Shown here: in pieces, positions 1 through 12,699 of the stretch
Layout of the letters: each line of letters opens with the position of its first letter
How positions within the stretch are numbered: position 1 is the first letter of the stretch
Source of the DNA: the human T2T-CHM13v2.0 reference genome, Homo sapiens
NCBI RefSeq assembly: GCF_009914755.1
Contig: NC_060930.1
Reading direction: 5' to 3' (one strand)
Length of the DNA stretch: 64,000 nucleotides
Translations under genes and position numbers: made by a program
Notes under the pieces: model-generated
The model's database searches: none
Seen by the model: the letters and a program-made list of their open reading frames with translations, nothing else
Told to the model about the DNA's origin: nothing

Positions 1-127
1 ATTTCCTTGGTAGGCCTGCAAAGGGAACAAAGTCATAGATCTACATGATAATTTGCTGAATGTGAATATCACAATTTTCAGCTATAGAAAATTTCTAGTG
101 AAGTTCTGTGTAACACTTAACACCTAG

Positions 128-705
128 TAGGTGACCATCTCATCCTAGTTTGCTTAGGACTGGCCACGATGGACTTAACATTCTCCTCGGTTTGACTGAA
201 CTTTAGACAGGGTTTCTCCAGACCCTTGGCCCTAAGACCCTTGGCTCTTTCTTAGAGCACTTATTTTGGAAAGTTTTCCATTGTAAATTCTTTCTCTGCC
301 CCTTAGAGATGAAAAGTTGTTTTACAACCCAGAAATGTCTTTCTCAAAGACCTGGGAGTTATCCCTTTGATAGGTAATCATCAAGAAAGATGGCATCTCT
401 ATATTCCAGTTTCTGTGGAAGGATAGGAGCCTAATATTTTAAAAGTAGCAAACAGAGATGACTTAACATTGACTATCTATCCCCTAACATTTTACTATAC
501 TTTTCCCACTATCTACCCCAGAATTTAAAAACCCAGTCACCTTTTGTTTTAGTGGAGTTGGGTTCAATCTCTGTCCTCTATTGCAATAGTCTTAAATAAA
601 GTCTTCCTTGCTTGACTTTATCTGATGCATTTTTTTCTTTGACAAGATGCTTCGAGAGATGGTATTGAAAGTCCAAATCCCTAGAACCTTCTGGGACAAT
701 TAGGC
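128..705 (+). mobile_element. MER94-like hAT-Blackjack DNA transposon fossil, split by an LTR (pieces ~128-165 and ~660-705)
   Basis: Starts TAGGTGACCATCTCATCCTAGTTTGCTTAGGACT, resembling the TAGGGTGACC terminus; resumes with TTGAAAGTCC...GGGACAA after the LTR. Confidence 0.5.
168..644 (+). mobile_element. ERV1 solo LTR, MER31-like
   Basis: TTGACTGAACTTTAGACAGG...TTGTAAATTCTTTCTCTGCCCC...AATAAAGTCTTCCTTG...TTTGACA terminus. Confidence 0.7.
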
Positions 706-1167
706 TTGTTTGTTTTGTTTGGTTTGATTTTTTTGCACAGTCCTATAGCCTATTTATATGGTTCTGAAGCCTGCTGATCTCTCAAAAAATCATTGCCAAA
801 GACCCTATCATTATATGTGGTGGTCTGCATATTATTCTTCTGCTGAACAGGGTAAGTGCTTAATAAATATTTGTCCAATAAATAAATTGAGAGCATTGAA
901 AACAATTATGAACACACACTGATGCTATTGGAACATTTGTCTTCATTATTAGATCAATGCAGAATATACAATGATCTTTGTTCACTTACTTATTCACTTA
1001 TTCATTCATTAATTTTATTCATTCTATGCGTTCAACAAATAGATTTTAGGCTCCCATTGTCAGCCTAACCGATTTGCCCCTTGACCTTTAATAGTTTACA
1101 GACTTGACGAAGAAATAGTAATGAACCAAAAACAACAACAGCAGCAACAACAATGGAACTCTCTCTC

Positions 1168-1221
1168 TGACACACACGTACATGCAGACACACACACACA
1201 TACACAGACACACACACACAT
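1168..1221. repeat. Interrupted (CA)n microsatellite
   Basis: CACACA runs interrupted by GA/TA. Confidence 0.85.
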
Positions 1222-2199
1222 AAACAACTTACGACTGTGGAAAGTCCTGTGGTTAAAATTCAGAGAGTGATATCAGAGAATGTAAAGTAGGTATTGACTA
1301 TAGTTTTCTATTTTTACTCTTTACAATCTTTTAACAGCCCTAAAACTTTTAAGAAGATTTGATATTTGTTTTCTATTGTGGTTTGGGACAGAATGTTTTA
1401 AATACCATGAGGTGGTCCAATATATTCTTGTCAACATGCAAATTATTAAGAGGAAAGAACATGTAGATCCACTGAGGCCCTGAGATTAGCTACCATAAGA
1501 AACATTTGCCATGTGTTGGAAATAATTTTTGGTATCCCAAACTTTAAAGAAGTATTTAAATGTTAATAATGAATTTCAAATTTACATTTTAGGATATGAA
1601 GATGAGTCCATCGGGAGAGGTTGTGAGCTAACAGACCTCACATAGCCAAACAGATGGAAATTTTGCTACTGACATCAGTTTTTCCTATCATTCTGGGAAA
1701 CAAAATTGTTTTCTATTCCAAGTAATACAGGAGAAAGGATGATAAAGCTATGTCTGACTAAGGGCTGTGCATGGGCATTGGATCACATGCCATTTCTATG
1801 TCTTTCTTTGGGCACAATAGAATGTGTGTGTGTGTTTTTTTTTTTGTGGGGGCAGGTTGTGATATGTATTTGACCTGCAGGGTACTATTTTTAAATGAAC
1901 ACATAGAGCTATTATGTGCTTGTTGTGACTTTTCAGGTGGAACTTAGTGTGCTTACAAATGACAAAAATAGTTTTCCAATTCTCTTATCCCTTTGTTGGT
2001 TATTCTGGCATGCTCTATTCAACCTCACAAAGATTCTTATGGGGTCACCAGGTGGGATTAGATTAAAAATTTATGACACTTCAGCAGAGTCATCAGTTAA
2101 TAGGATGCATGGTTTACAACATGCAAAATTTCTACATGCCTAAAGACTTGTTAGCCAAGTGATATATCAGCCCAAGATTTGAATGTGGAATTTCTATTT

Positions 2200-2730
2200 G
2201 TATTGGTTAAGACTACTTTAATTGCAAATAAAAGGAAACAAAACACAAACTGGTATAATCAACAACCAAAAAAGAATTTATTAACTTATATAACTCAGTA
2301 GCCAAGATAGAGGATGCATATGTGACTTGGCACAGTGAGTATAAACTGCTAGGCATCTAATTTCTTTTCTGTCTCTTTGCTCTAACTTCTGTAGTACTAG
2401 CCAACTAGTGGTCTTTTTCAGCTCCACATAGTGGCTCCTGGATCTTTTTTTATGATGACTGCTGTTCTGCACCTCATATTATCCCATCAGTTCATCCAGA
2501 GGAAGAAAAAGGCTATTTCTCAGTGGCCTGAAAACTGAACTGGGTTCTGGGTCAGCATTAAATAAAATACCAAAGCCATGGGGATGAGAGAAATTGACCA
2601 GATTAAATTAATGTAATCTATTCTGTTCCAGGCTACCCAATAAGTATAGCTACTATACTGTAAGGATATATAAACCCTCTCACTGAGAAAAATCAGGCTA
2701 CTTTTCATAGAAAAATGAGGAAATGGATGC
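2200..2730 (-). mobile_element. Old MaLR LTR (MLT1J/K/L-like)
   Basis: TTGCAAATAAAAGGAAACAAAACACAAACTGG...AATTTATTAACTTATATAACT matches the antisense end of old MLT1 LTRs; ends near AAATGGATGCT. Confidence 0.55.
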
Positions 2731-3436
2731 TTTACATTCTAAAGTTCAAAAGCAACCACTAAAAGTCTTTTATAATTTATGCAAAGACTGCTTAGCTATC
2801 AAATAGTCTCTTTTAACATGGCTCCTGGGCACAGAAAAAAAATCCTTGTAATGTTTCTTCTCTCTCCCATTTATTTAGTTCTTTCCAGCAGAAACTCTAG
2901 CACTATTTTCCTGGGCTTACTGTATGTTTTCCTTTCACCCTGCTATTTCTCTTCTCTATCCAAGTCTCTCCAGCCTCCCAGCTCCTACTCATTTTACTGT
3001 GCACATTAAACTATTATTTTATTTATCCACATATCAGCATTTATTTACTCAAACACAGCAATGTACCACAGACTGTCAGGTAGAATTTCAATAACCCATT
3101 ATAACTGGACTCCATGTCATTATCTAAAGAAAATTACTTTTCCTTTCCTTGAAGAACCCTAATTGTCTAACCTTTTCTTCCTAAAAAAAAAAGAAAATTA
3201 TTTTTACTCAGTCTTGGAAAAATATTCCCTTTTCATAAGAATGAGCAAAATTATTCTGTAAAATGCTAAAAGAAAAAGGCAACACTGAATTTAACAGCCA
3301 TATTCTGTTATAGTACAACTAAATTATATCTTTGTTGAGAAGACTTGCAGAAAGCGGAAAGGTTTTGAGTTACCAAATCATGCTAACTCTACTTCTCAAT
3401 TTCCCTATTTTCAGAGAAATTAATTAAAGGGTAAGA

Positions 3437-3685
3437 TAATGGTAGTGATAGCAAACACACATGTAGCATCCACTATGTGTTACATAATGTCCAAACATAA
3501 AATAATTTCTTTATTTCTTACAATAGTTCCATGAGATAGGTAATATTATTATCCATATTGGAAGTTTAAGAGAACTATGTCACACAGAAGAAGCTAAGCA
3601 ACTTGCCAAGGGGGCACAACTAACGTGGCAGAGCTAGTCAGTTTGGCTTTGGAATCCATGTTTTTACTACCAACACTATATTACT
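3437..3685 (-). mobile_element. MIR SINE
   Basis: ATGAGATAGGTAATATTATTATCCATATT...AAGCACTTGCCAAGGGGGCACAACTAACGTGGCAGAGCT antisense MIR core. Confidence 0.8.
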
Positions 3686-4074
3686 ATGAATTATTAAGTT
3701 TTTTGAGTTTGTGGTAAGTCAAAAGGTGACTTAGCTAAAATGATGAAACATAAGGTCAGAAGCTAGATTAATTCCCAGAGTGGGCCTATTCAGGGACAAT
3801 CTGAGACTTTGGTCTCCTACGATAATTCTAGAGAATATCAACTAGCTCTTAGTACTGTTTTGTCTATGAAACCTAAGATGAGAACATAATATTTGAGAAT
3901 TAGATGAACTTTTAGATTCTTTAGCCCAATCTCATGTCATTGTTATATAATGTCTGTGAGTCTCTCCTATAGCTTCAATTTATTGTTCAGTGAAAAAGAT
4001 CTAAGTTTTGGTTAATAATTTTAGAGAAGAGATAGGAAATAAACAGAATTATCTTTTGATAATTCTTATTATTG

Positions 4075-4331
4075 ATGTGATGTTAGTTAAAAGACTCAAA
4101 ATTTCAGTTAAGCGGTATAAATTCAGGAAATGTACAGCATGGTGTCTGTAGTTAATAACAATGTATTATATACTTGAAAATTGCTAATAGTGATTTTAAA
4201 TACCTTACTACAAAAAAGTTTATGAGATAATAGACATGTTAATTAGCTTGATTTAGCCATTCCACAATGCATACATATAGAAACATATCATGCTGGACAC
4301 AATATATAAAATTTTTGTCAATTAAAAAATA
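4075..4331 (+). mobile_element. L1MA (about L1MA8-10) 3' end
   Basis: TACAGCATGGTGTCTGTAGTTAATAACAATGTATTATATACTTGAAAATTGCTAA...TTAATTAGCTTGATTTAGCCATTCCACAATG, A-rich end. Confidence 0.85.
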
Positions 4332-4924
4332 GTTCTTATAAACTCAACTGATAAAGACCCAATAGAAAAAAATAGAAATAAATTAGCTACCTTATATGTT
4401 ATTTAGATTTTTTCTATTCTTATTTTTAAATAATATAAAATTTTCTGCTATTCAACATTTGAAGAACTTGGACAAATGTAATTGGATTTACAAATAAAAA
4501 TATTGGGTATACATAGAAAAGATCAAGCTTGATAATTTTTATGGAAGAACCATTTATATGAGACATAGAAAATACTTAAGGAATACATAAAATAAAATCT
4601 CCTGTATTTTTAATAGTTCTGAAACTAATTTTATATGGTAAAATAATCTATAAATAATAATATAATAAAATAAGCTATGAATAATAAGCTATTAATAATG
4701 TAATTATTTAAATATTGATATTTATCCTTTATTTGTATATGGCTACCTTATTTGACAGGCATACTGTCTAAAGTTTTGGAGTTATACTTTATATTGTAGG
4801 AGTAAAGTTTTAAATCCTATGTTGATAATGAAAAAAATTGAATTGCATCACTAATGTTTTCAGATGATTGGATTTATCCCATATTTCATAACTTTCAAAA
4901 CTTTTACAGTTAAAAGTTGCTGCC

Positions 4925-5283
4925 TGCTATAGATTGAATGTGCCCCTCAAAGTTTACGGGTCAGAAACTTAATCCCCAATGCAACAGTGGTAAGAGGTGG
5001 GACCTCTGAGAGGTGATTAGGCCATAAAGGCCCCGCCCTCAATAACGGATAATGCCAGTTATAAAAGGGCTTGAGGCTACACAAGTTCAATCTCTTGCTG
5101 TCTGTTGCATGCACATGCTTTCTTGCCCTTTTACCTTCTGCTATGGGATGACACAGTAAGAAGGCCTTTGCAAAATGCTGGCACCTTGGACTTCCTGGCC
5201 TCTAGAACTATGATAAATATTTTTTCTTTATAAATTACTCAATAGGTGATATTATGTTATAGTAAAAGAAAATGGACTAGATA
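4925..5283 (+). mobile_element. MaLR solo LTR, MSTD/MSTC-like
   Basis: TGCTATAGATTGAATGTGCCCCTCAAAG...AAACTTAATCCCCAATGCAACAGTG...TAAATTACTCA...AATGGACTA. Confidence 0.85.
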
Positions 5284-5389
5284 CTGACACCATCTTTCAT
5301 ATTAATTTTAAATTTGTGTGAGAAATATCTCCAGTAACTAATCAACTGAAATCCTTCCTCATTTATCTACTTCAAAAATATATGTAACC

Positions 5390-5671
5390 AGCTGGGTATG
5401 GTGGCTCATGCCTGTAATACTAACACTTTGGGAGATCAAGTTGGGAGGATTGCTGGAGGTGAGGAGTATGAGACCAGCCTGGGAAATATAGCAAGACCCC
5501 ATCTCTAAAAAAAACGTTAGCCAGGTATGGTGGTGCATGCCTGTAACCCCAGCTTCTCAGGAGGCTGAGGCAAGAGGATCACTTGAGCTAAGGAGTTGAA
5601 GGCTGCAGTGACCTATGTTTGCCACTGTACTCCAGCCTGGGTGACAAAGCAAGACCTTGTCTCAAAAAAAA
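5390..5671 (+). mobile_element. AluJ
   Basis: Dimeric Alu with J-type GGAGGATTGCT and ATAGCAAGACCCC, short A tail, heavy CpG decay. Confidence 0.92.
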
Positions 5672-6907
5672 TCTATCTTCAATCTAATGTATTAATAACA
5701 CCCATATGTTCACAAATGTAAAATATACCACTCTTTTGTCCCTTAAGCTTACTTAACACTTCTTAGAAACATTTATCTGCTCTGCAACTAGTATTAAACC
5801 ATAAGTCAAATAAACACATTTTAATTGATCTAAGGACTGAAAGTAACTATTAAACTTTATTTATATGTTAGCCCTTAGTACCTAATTCTGACACCCAAAG
5901 CTTTGATGTTAACATAGGCTGCTCAAGGTTCTCTCTTAATCATTTCACCTTGGCTTACCCACACATATCAAAAGCATTACATGATTAGTAATAAACAAAA
6001 CACTTAGTAGGCCCTGCAACTTCTGAAGTTATTTTCCCTCCTTTCACACAGCTGGCTGCCTATAATAACTGGGCTGGTACTCATTGCTCTATAAGGCTTA
6101 ATAGAATGTTACTGTATTAGTAGGTGTCCCATGTCAGGGATATGGTTTCTGTGAAGGACGACTACAACTGATTATTTCCACACCACCGCCACCCCACCCC
6201 CGCCCTGGTATTAACTCATCTCTCTGCCTTCACCTGGCAACCAGCAGACTTGCTGAAGATTCTTTTTTTGCCTGGCTGATTATGGACCACTCCCATCAAC
6301 AAGCAAGGAGGGAGAAATAGCAAGTTATGGTCCATATATTGTTTAGAGAAAAGGTATATATTAAGTTATTGATTTGTTGTTGTTGAGGAAAATTGATAAA
6401 TGAAAAGAGAATGTGATAGAAAGGAGTGTCATGTGCACAGCATTTATATACAATCTCACTGGCTCTTTTTAGAAGTTTCAATGAGATAGTATATATTACA
6501 TTTTCATGGATATTGCTTGGCAAATGACAGACAACTTTTAAAAAATTTACTTTACTACTTAGTACAGTACTTATCATTATCAATATTAGTTTGAATGAAT
6601 AAGTCCTTATAACCTTATTGGGAGACCAGGGTAGGTAAGTGGTCTATCCATTTTATGAGCAAGGGTAAGAAATCTCACAAAATACATTTTATTAATATTT
6701 CATAGTATGAGTGGCTCACAACCTTCAAACATTGCACTATTGTATAAATGATCTTCATAGGTCATTTAGTAAGTAGTACTTGAGGTATGCTTGGGTTGCA
6801 AGGAATAAAATGTGTGACATTAGTCTGGCACAACATATCCTGCAAAATCAGAGTGTAACTTTCACTTTTTCATTTAGCTTTCATTGAGTGAATAATGCAA
6901 TTTCAAT

Positions 6908-7040
6908 TGAGCACTGAATTGGAGATACAGAGAACTAAGGTTTTATTACCAGCTCCATCACTGACATACAGTGAGCCATTAGGAAAAAATAACTTTTCTG
7001 CTCTGAACATCAGAATTCCCTTCTTTAAAATAAAAACAAA
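6908..7040 (+). mobile_element. MIR fragment
   Basis: GAGCACTGAATTGGAG...CCAGCTCCATCACT...CTCTGAACATCAG. Confidence 0.55.
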
Positions 7041-8309
7041 TTTGGTGGCTCAGAAAATGATGTTGGATTTGTCAAATGTAGGTATGTTCAATATTCTACA
7101 CCATTTGCATTAATGAAATTCATGATGTGCATAATACAAATAAATAGCAAATCTGTATACATGTGCATAGTTATAACAATGATGATGAAAATAAATAAAT
7201 AACTACATAGGAAACTACATCAGCCAGTGTAGCCATATTTATGCAGCATATTGTCTTAAGCTGTGAGTGTGGAAGAGCAAAATCATCTCTCCCCTTTGAG
7301 AGCATGCCTGGTGCCCAAATTAGCCCTCTACAATGTGCTCATGCTCAAACTTGGTGCTTGTAGGAGTAGCATCATTCAGTGTTTGTATGATTGTGTATTC
7401 ACAGGTGTACGTTACTATATATATGTCAAGATCATGGGAGATCTCCAAGCTGTGGATGAAGTGGATATACATAAAACAAGGCAGAAGTGAGTCCAGCTGG
7501 TGGAGAAAGAGTGGAGTGAAACAAGGCAAGGAGAGGAACAATTTCCACTAAAAATAAAATTATTCAAAACCAGTCTTCAAACCCTTCAGGAAATTCTGGT
7601 GAGAAAAGAAGATAAACAGGAGACTAGAGAGATGGATATCCAGACACAATAGGGAGTAGGTTGGACTGTAGCTTGATGTTTCTGCTGATGTATTAGGGTA
7701 AGAAGCATTTGAATTCAAAGATAAGTACAACTGAAAAACGGGAAGTGGAGACTTTTTATCAAGTCTTGAACTAAAGGGGTAGGGGTTTTAACCAGCTATA
7801 AGCTGACTCTCAGTTGTATAGGTAGGTGTAAGAAAGTGAGGGTGGCTATTCTGAGCAAGGGGAATCAAGACAGGGACCATGAGGGAATGTCAGTTATTGC
7901 AAATACAGTGACATTTCCAAGTATTAGTGTCTTTGAGTGTTCAGATATCCTAAAAACATAGATTTACATGATTTTAACCCATTAGAGAAAGCTGTATTTT
8001 AAAACACATATTTATTATTAACTAAGTCTGAAAGACTAAACAAAAACATCAAAAAGCAATCAGAAAAGAAGTACTGACATATCACTAGTTAAATGAAATG
8101 TCACAAGTCAGAAAAGAGGGTGATAAAACAAAAAAGGTTAGAAAATATTACTATTTATATATACAAAGGAAATTTTGTTTGCTCTACAAATAAGGGTAGA
8201 CATAATTGGATTAACTGCTTTTTTGATAGGAATGATTCATTGGAAACATAGATCATAAAAATTATAACAGAATTTAGATAAGTTAAGAGGTTGAACATAA
8301 AAATAAAAA

Positions 8310-8450
8310 TCACTCATTTTGTATGTATCTCTTGAGTACCTACTATGTTCCAGTCACTATTCTAATCATTGGGGTATGTAAAGAAGAACATAGACATAGG
8401 CCCTGTCCTCATGTGCCTTACATTACAATGGAAAGAGAGAAACAACAATA
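8310..8450 (-). mobile_element. L2 3' end
   Basis: TTGAGTACCTACTATGTTCCAGTCACTATTCTA...GGCCCTGTCCTCATG. Confidence 0.75.
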
Positions 8451-10950
8451 TATTAAATAACTTTAACAGTAAATAAAAATATTTAAAAAATAAAAAGCAA
8501 AGAAAATCTTTAAAACTAGAACTATATTTGTGAAGAATAATAATGAATTTATATTTGAAATTCATTAATAAATTAGCCATTCAAGAAAACATTAGTGGAT
8601 TTGTTTATTCATACTTTTACCAATTAATTACAAAGGAATTCTGGGAGGACAGCAGCATGCTCACTCATCCCTGACTCCTTCTTCCTCCAATCTTCCATGT
8701 TTTATGGAATAATATAACAAAGGAGGGCATAAAAGCCACTCTCAGGTGAAATCATTCATCTCCCCTGAGCATTATAGGTAAGAAAATAGGCACCGGATTT
8801 TTACTACCTTTGATGCTCAGAGAGAGTGAAGGGACCAATTTTTAAGCAAAATTGCCATTTTTTTTCTTTTTCTTGCAAGAACACTTCAGTGAAGAACATA
8901 GTGACCACTAGTACAGTTGGGAGCTACTACCTTAATTTGTGCTAAGGTACTAGCAATTCTACACATCACTGCGTCTGCACCATCCATGCCAAAGTCAACC
9001 CAGTGCTTTCATGAGATTAAAAAAAAAAATGAAATTCAACAACATTACTCAATACTTTGAATATTTCAGTGCCCCTTGTATTTGCTACCAAACATTCACA
9101 TAAAACAACATAAAACAAGATCTTTGTGGCTGCTTAGTCAGTGCTGAAATCAAATGAATAGAAGCAAATGAGCTAGACTAGCCACATCTGCAGATTTATC
9201 CATTTGTAAGGTAAAAAGTCCAGTTCTGCAAACAAGATATTATCTTACTCTTCATGTTTGCAACATAATATTTAATTCAATAAGATACTACAACATTAGA
9301 AATTGGCACTGCTGTGAATGCTTTTACTAATTTTTCATCAATAGACATTGAGTAATATCAATAGTCTAAGGTTTTATTAAACTCCAGCTATTGTATGTTC
9401 TTCTACAGCAAATGCAATATGATATAAATGTTGCAGGATGTTTCAGCAGCTTCTCTGTGTCTTAATTTGAAAAGCTGTAACACATGATTCAGGCTGTTAA
9501 AGACTTCAATCCAGCTATGAATAAGATATTTAATTATTTTTTACATTAACCTATGAATGTTTGGTTTCAAAATGACACTGCAACATAATTGGCAGTGCAA
9601 AACTGTTTAAAAAGATTCTGTTTCAAAAGATAAACTAAAGAAAAGTGTTAGCATATGTAAAGATGATGGGAATAGCACTTGTCATAGTATTAATTACAGT
9701 TTCACCCAGGTTCTTTGGAGTAGATTCCTCTCTTTCATGAATCAAATGACCCTCTGATATGAAAGTTTTACTTTTCTTAGTATCCTAGGTGTAGACAGTG
9801 CAGCTGTGCATTGATAAACATTTTACCATTTTTTGTATGCCAATAATCACTCTGTAAATATAGTAGAAATGTTCCCTCTATTTCAGAATAAACTATGATT
9901 ACATTCTAAAATAATAACAGTTTTAGACGAAACCTAAAACTTTAGAAATTTTTTAAAAAATTTTAAGATATAATGTAAATAAAAACGTGCTGACCTTTTT
10001 TATGCTTCTATGTAGGCAGAGAAGAATTTCAGGATTTCAAAGTAACATTTGTTAGATGATTAGAGTTTATAAGATTACTATGATATAACCAGTGATAGTA
10101 ATAGAACAGCAGAAGTGCTGTTTCAAAACTGAGTTAATATATGAAAATGCAAATATTTATGTGCCAATATTAGATTTTATAAGTATAAGAACATGCAGCA
10201 CATATTTTATTGGCATAAGCCATGACATCCTATATGGCATGTACTTTCTAGAAAGCCTACTCTATACCTGGTCAAGAATTAAAGTAAAAGGGCAAATAAT
10301 GTCTTATTACTATTGAAATTCTTTTGGCCTTGCAGAATTCCTGAAATGGTCTTGGGAACTTCCAGGGGTTCCCTTGATAATACTTTTAAAACTATTGTCC
10401 TACTGGATAAATGGGGGTGGCTCATGAATAAGTTTAGCTAAATCATAGAACAATTTTAACAAGTGATAATTTCACATTGACTAAAAATTTAAAAATCAAA
10501 CTACATTCATCTTAAATACAAAGAAATATTTTTTTCAAGGAAAAAATTTTGATACCGATACCTATATTTCTATACACTTGTGTGTGTTTGATTTACAAGA
10601 AGAGAAAGTTTCTTCAATTTTACTTAACAATTGACTTTATAATACAAACATTAATTTAATTTTTTTTTGCAAAACAGTAAATGAATGATTAACTTTATGA
10701 AAGTGATTTTATCATGTAAAGTTCATGTCTGCTACTGACAAGGATCTAAAATATTTTCTAAGGTAGCATCAGTAGACTGCAAGCATCAGTTGTTAAGAAC
10801 ATTAATCCCAAAATAGCAAAAATTATTTTTTTCATATTCAACTGTAATTAAGATGATAGAGTCAGAATGAAAGCAAGATACTTTCAGGTGTAACATCGTA
10901 ATCACTGACTGGTCAAGCCATGAACATTCGAGTTTGGAAGGAACCTTACT

Positions 10951-11928
10951 TGTTGGGATTCATAAAAGATACTGCAAAATAGTATTCTGTTCTCAGGCTG
11001 CTAATAAAGACACACCCAAGACTGGGTAATTTAAAAAGGAAAGAGATTTAATTGACTCACAGTTCAGCATGGCTGGGGAGGCCTCACAATCATGGCTGAA
11101 GTTGAAGGAAGAGCAAAGTCATATCTTACGTGGTGGCAGGCAAGAGAGCATGTGCAGGGGAAATGCCCTTTATAAAACCACCAGATCTTGTGAGACTTAC
11201 TCAGAAGATCTTACTCACAAGAACAGCACAGGAAAAACCCACCCTCATGATTCAATTACCTCCCACTGGGTCCCTCTCATGAAACGTGGGGATTATGGGA
11301 GCTACAATTCAAGATAAGATTGGGGGAGGTGGGGGGGACACAGCCAAACCATCACTGTGCTTTGACATACTGAACTGAAGAAGTCTCAAGATCTCTCTAA
11401 CATTTCCCCATCCTCTCTGTCTCTCAATTATCTGTCTCTCTCAAAGTACAGGATGAAGTAATTTTCTGAAGTTCCCTTACTTGCCTAAAGTTTGGACCTA
11501 GCAAAGAAGGAAACAATTACCTCTGATCCCTTCCCTGAGTTTTCATTAACTAAACTCATATGACAGGAAGAAAGACTGAAGCCTGTCAATGCACCTGGAC
11601 AAACTTTTATCACAAACTGTTATCTGCTCCTCAAGCCCAATAGACTTTGTCCTAGGCCATTGTATGTTCTCCGAGTCCAATGATTCCCCTAAAAATAATT
11701 TACTACCACCCTAATATTGTCCACACTTCCCCACCTCCCTTTACTCCAGGAAGAAGGGTATATAAGCATCTTAGCCCACTGGGATAGGAGGCAATTACAC
11801 TGTGTGTGATTCTCCTCTGTGCACACTAATAAATTTGTATACCGTTTCTCCTATTAATCTACCTTTTATGAGCTGATTTTTTCCGTGCCACTTCAGGGCA
11901 AAGTGGAAGGTTTCCACTGGCACCTACA
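10951..11928 (+). mobile_element. ERV1 solo LTR, MER39/MER34-like, split by THE1 (10951-10980 and 11355-11928)
   Basis: TGTTGGGATTCATAAAAGATACTGCAAAAT resumes as GCTTTGACATACTGAACTGAAGAAG; GGGTATATAAGC TATA, AATAAA, ends CCTACA. Confidence 0.75.
10981..11354 (-). mobile_element. THE1 (C/D-like) solo LTR
   Basis: GCTGCTAATAAAGACACACCCAAGACTGGGTAATTTA...CATGATTCAATTACCTCCCAC...GGACACAGCCAAACCATCA. Confidence 0.93.
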
Positions 11929-12699
11929 CAATTGTCTAATTCAACTGTGTATCAAATACCTAAGTATATTCTACAGCTTCTCTGACAAGTTTAGTCTCTG
12001 TTTAAATGTCTCTTAATCCATGAAGAATATATAATACTCTAGATTGCCGTTTTTTTAATGTGGCACTTTTGCCAGAATTTCATCCTTCTATAGAATGTCT
12101 GGTTTTTATGCTCATTTACATACATTTTTACTAGTTTGATCCCTAATCCAGATTGAGACATTCCAGCTCAGTCAGTAACTAGTTATGTAATCTTTGAAAG
12201 TCACCTCAATGATCTAGCTACAGTGTTTTATAGGAAATGCTTGAATTCTATTATCCTCAACATTTCGTTGTTTGTTCCTGCTCTAAAATTTGACAGTTCT
12301 CTATATGCACATATATATGTGAATTCATGCCAGATGTGTGATCTTATGTTATCCCACTAATCCTTGGGATCCCAATTTCCTTTTTTCTTAGTTGTTAAAA
12401 ATAATATCTACTTTATTTTTCAAGAGATTATTTGAAAAAAGTAAACATTATACAAAAAACATATTTGGTAAGCCTGGAGTACACTATATGTAGGCAACTA
12501 AAATAATAATTGATTAAAAATATAATTAATATTATGGGAAATGAGTAAAAGGAAGTAGTATATTAGCAATTAGAATAAATAATTTTAAACAGAAATATTC
12601 TAGGAAATGAGTAAAGGGAGTAATCAGCAGCATAAATAATTATTTTGTTAGTCAAAAATATACCATATGTACTGTCATATAACATAATAGAATTTGGTG

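Noticed and set aside
1570-1960. AG acceptors at ~1592 and ~1936 suggesting exons
   Set aside because: No strong paired donor or recognisable reading frame; such sites are common in AT-rich DNA.
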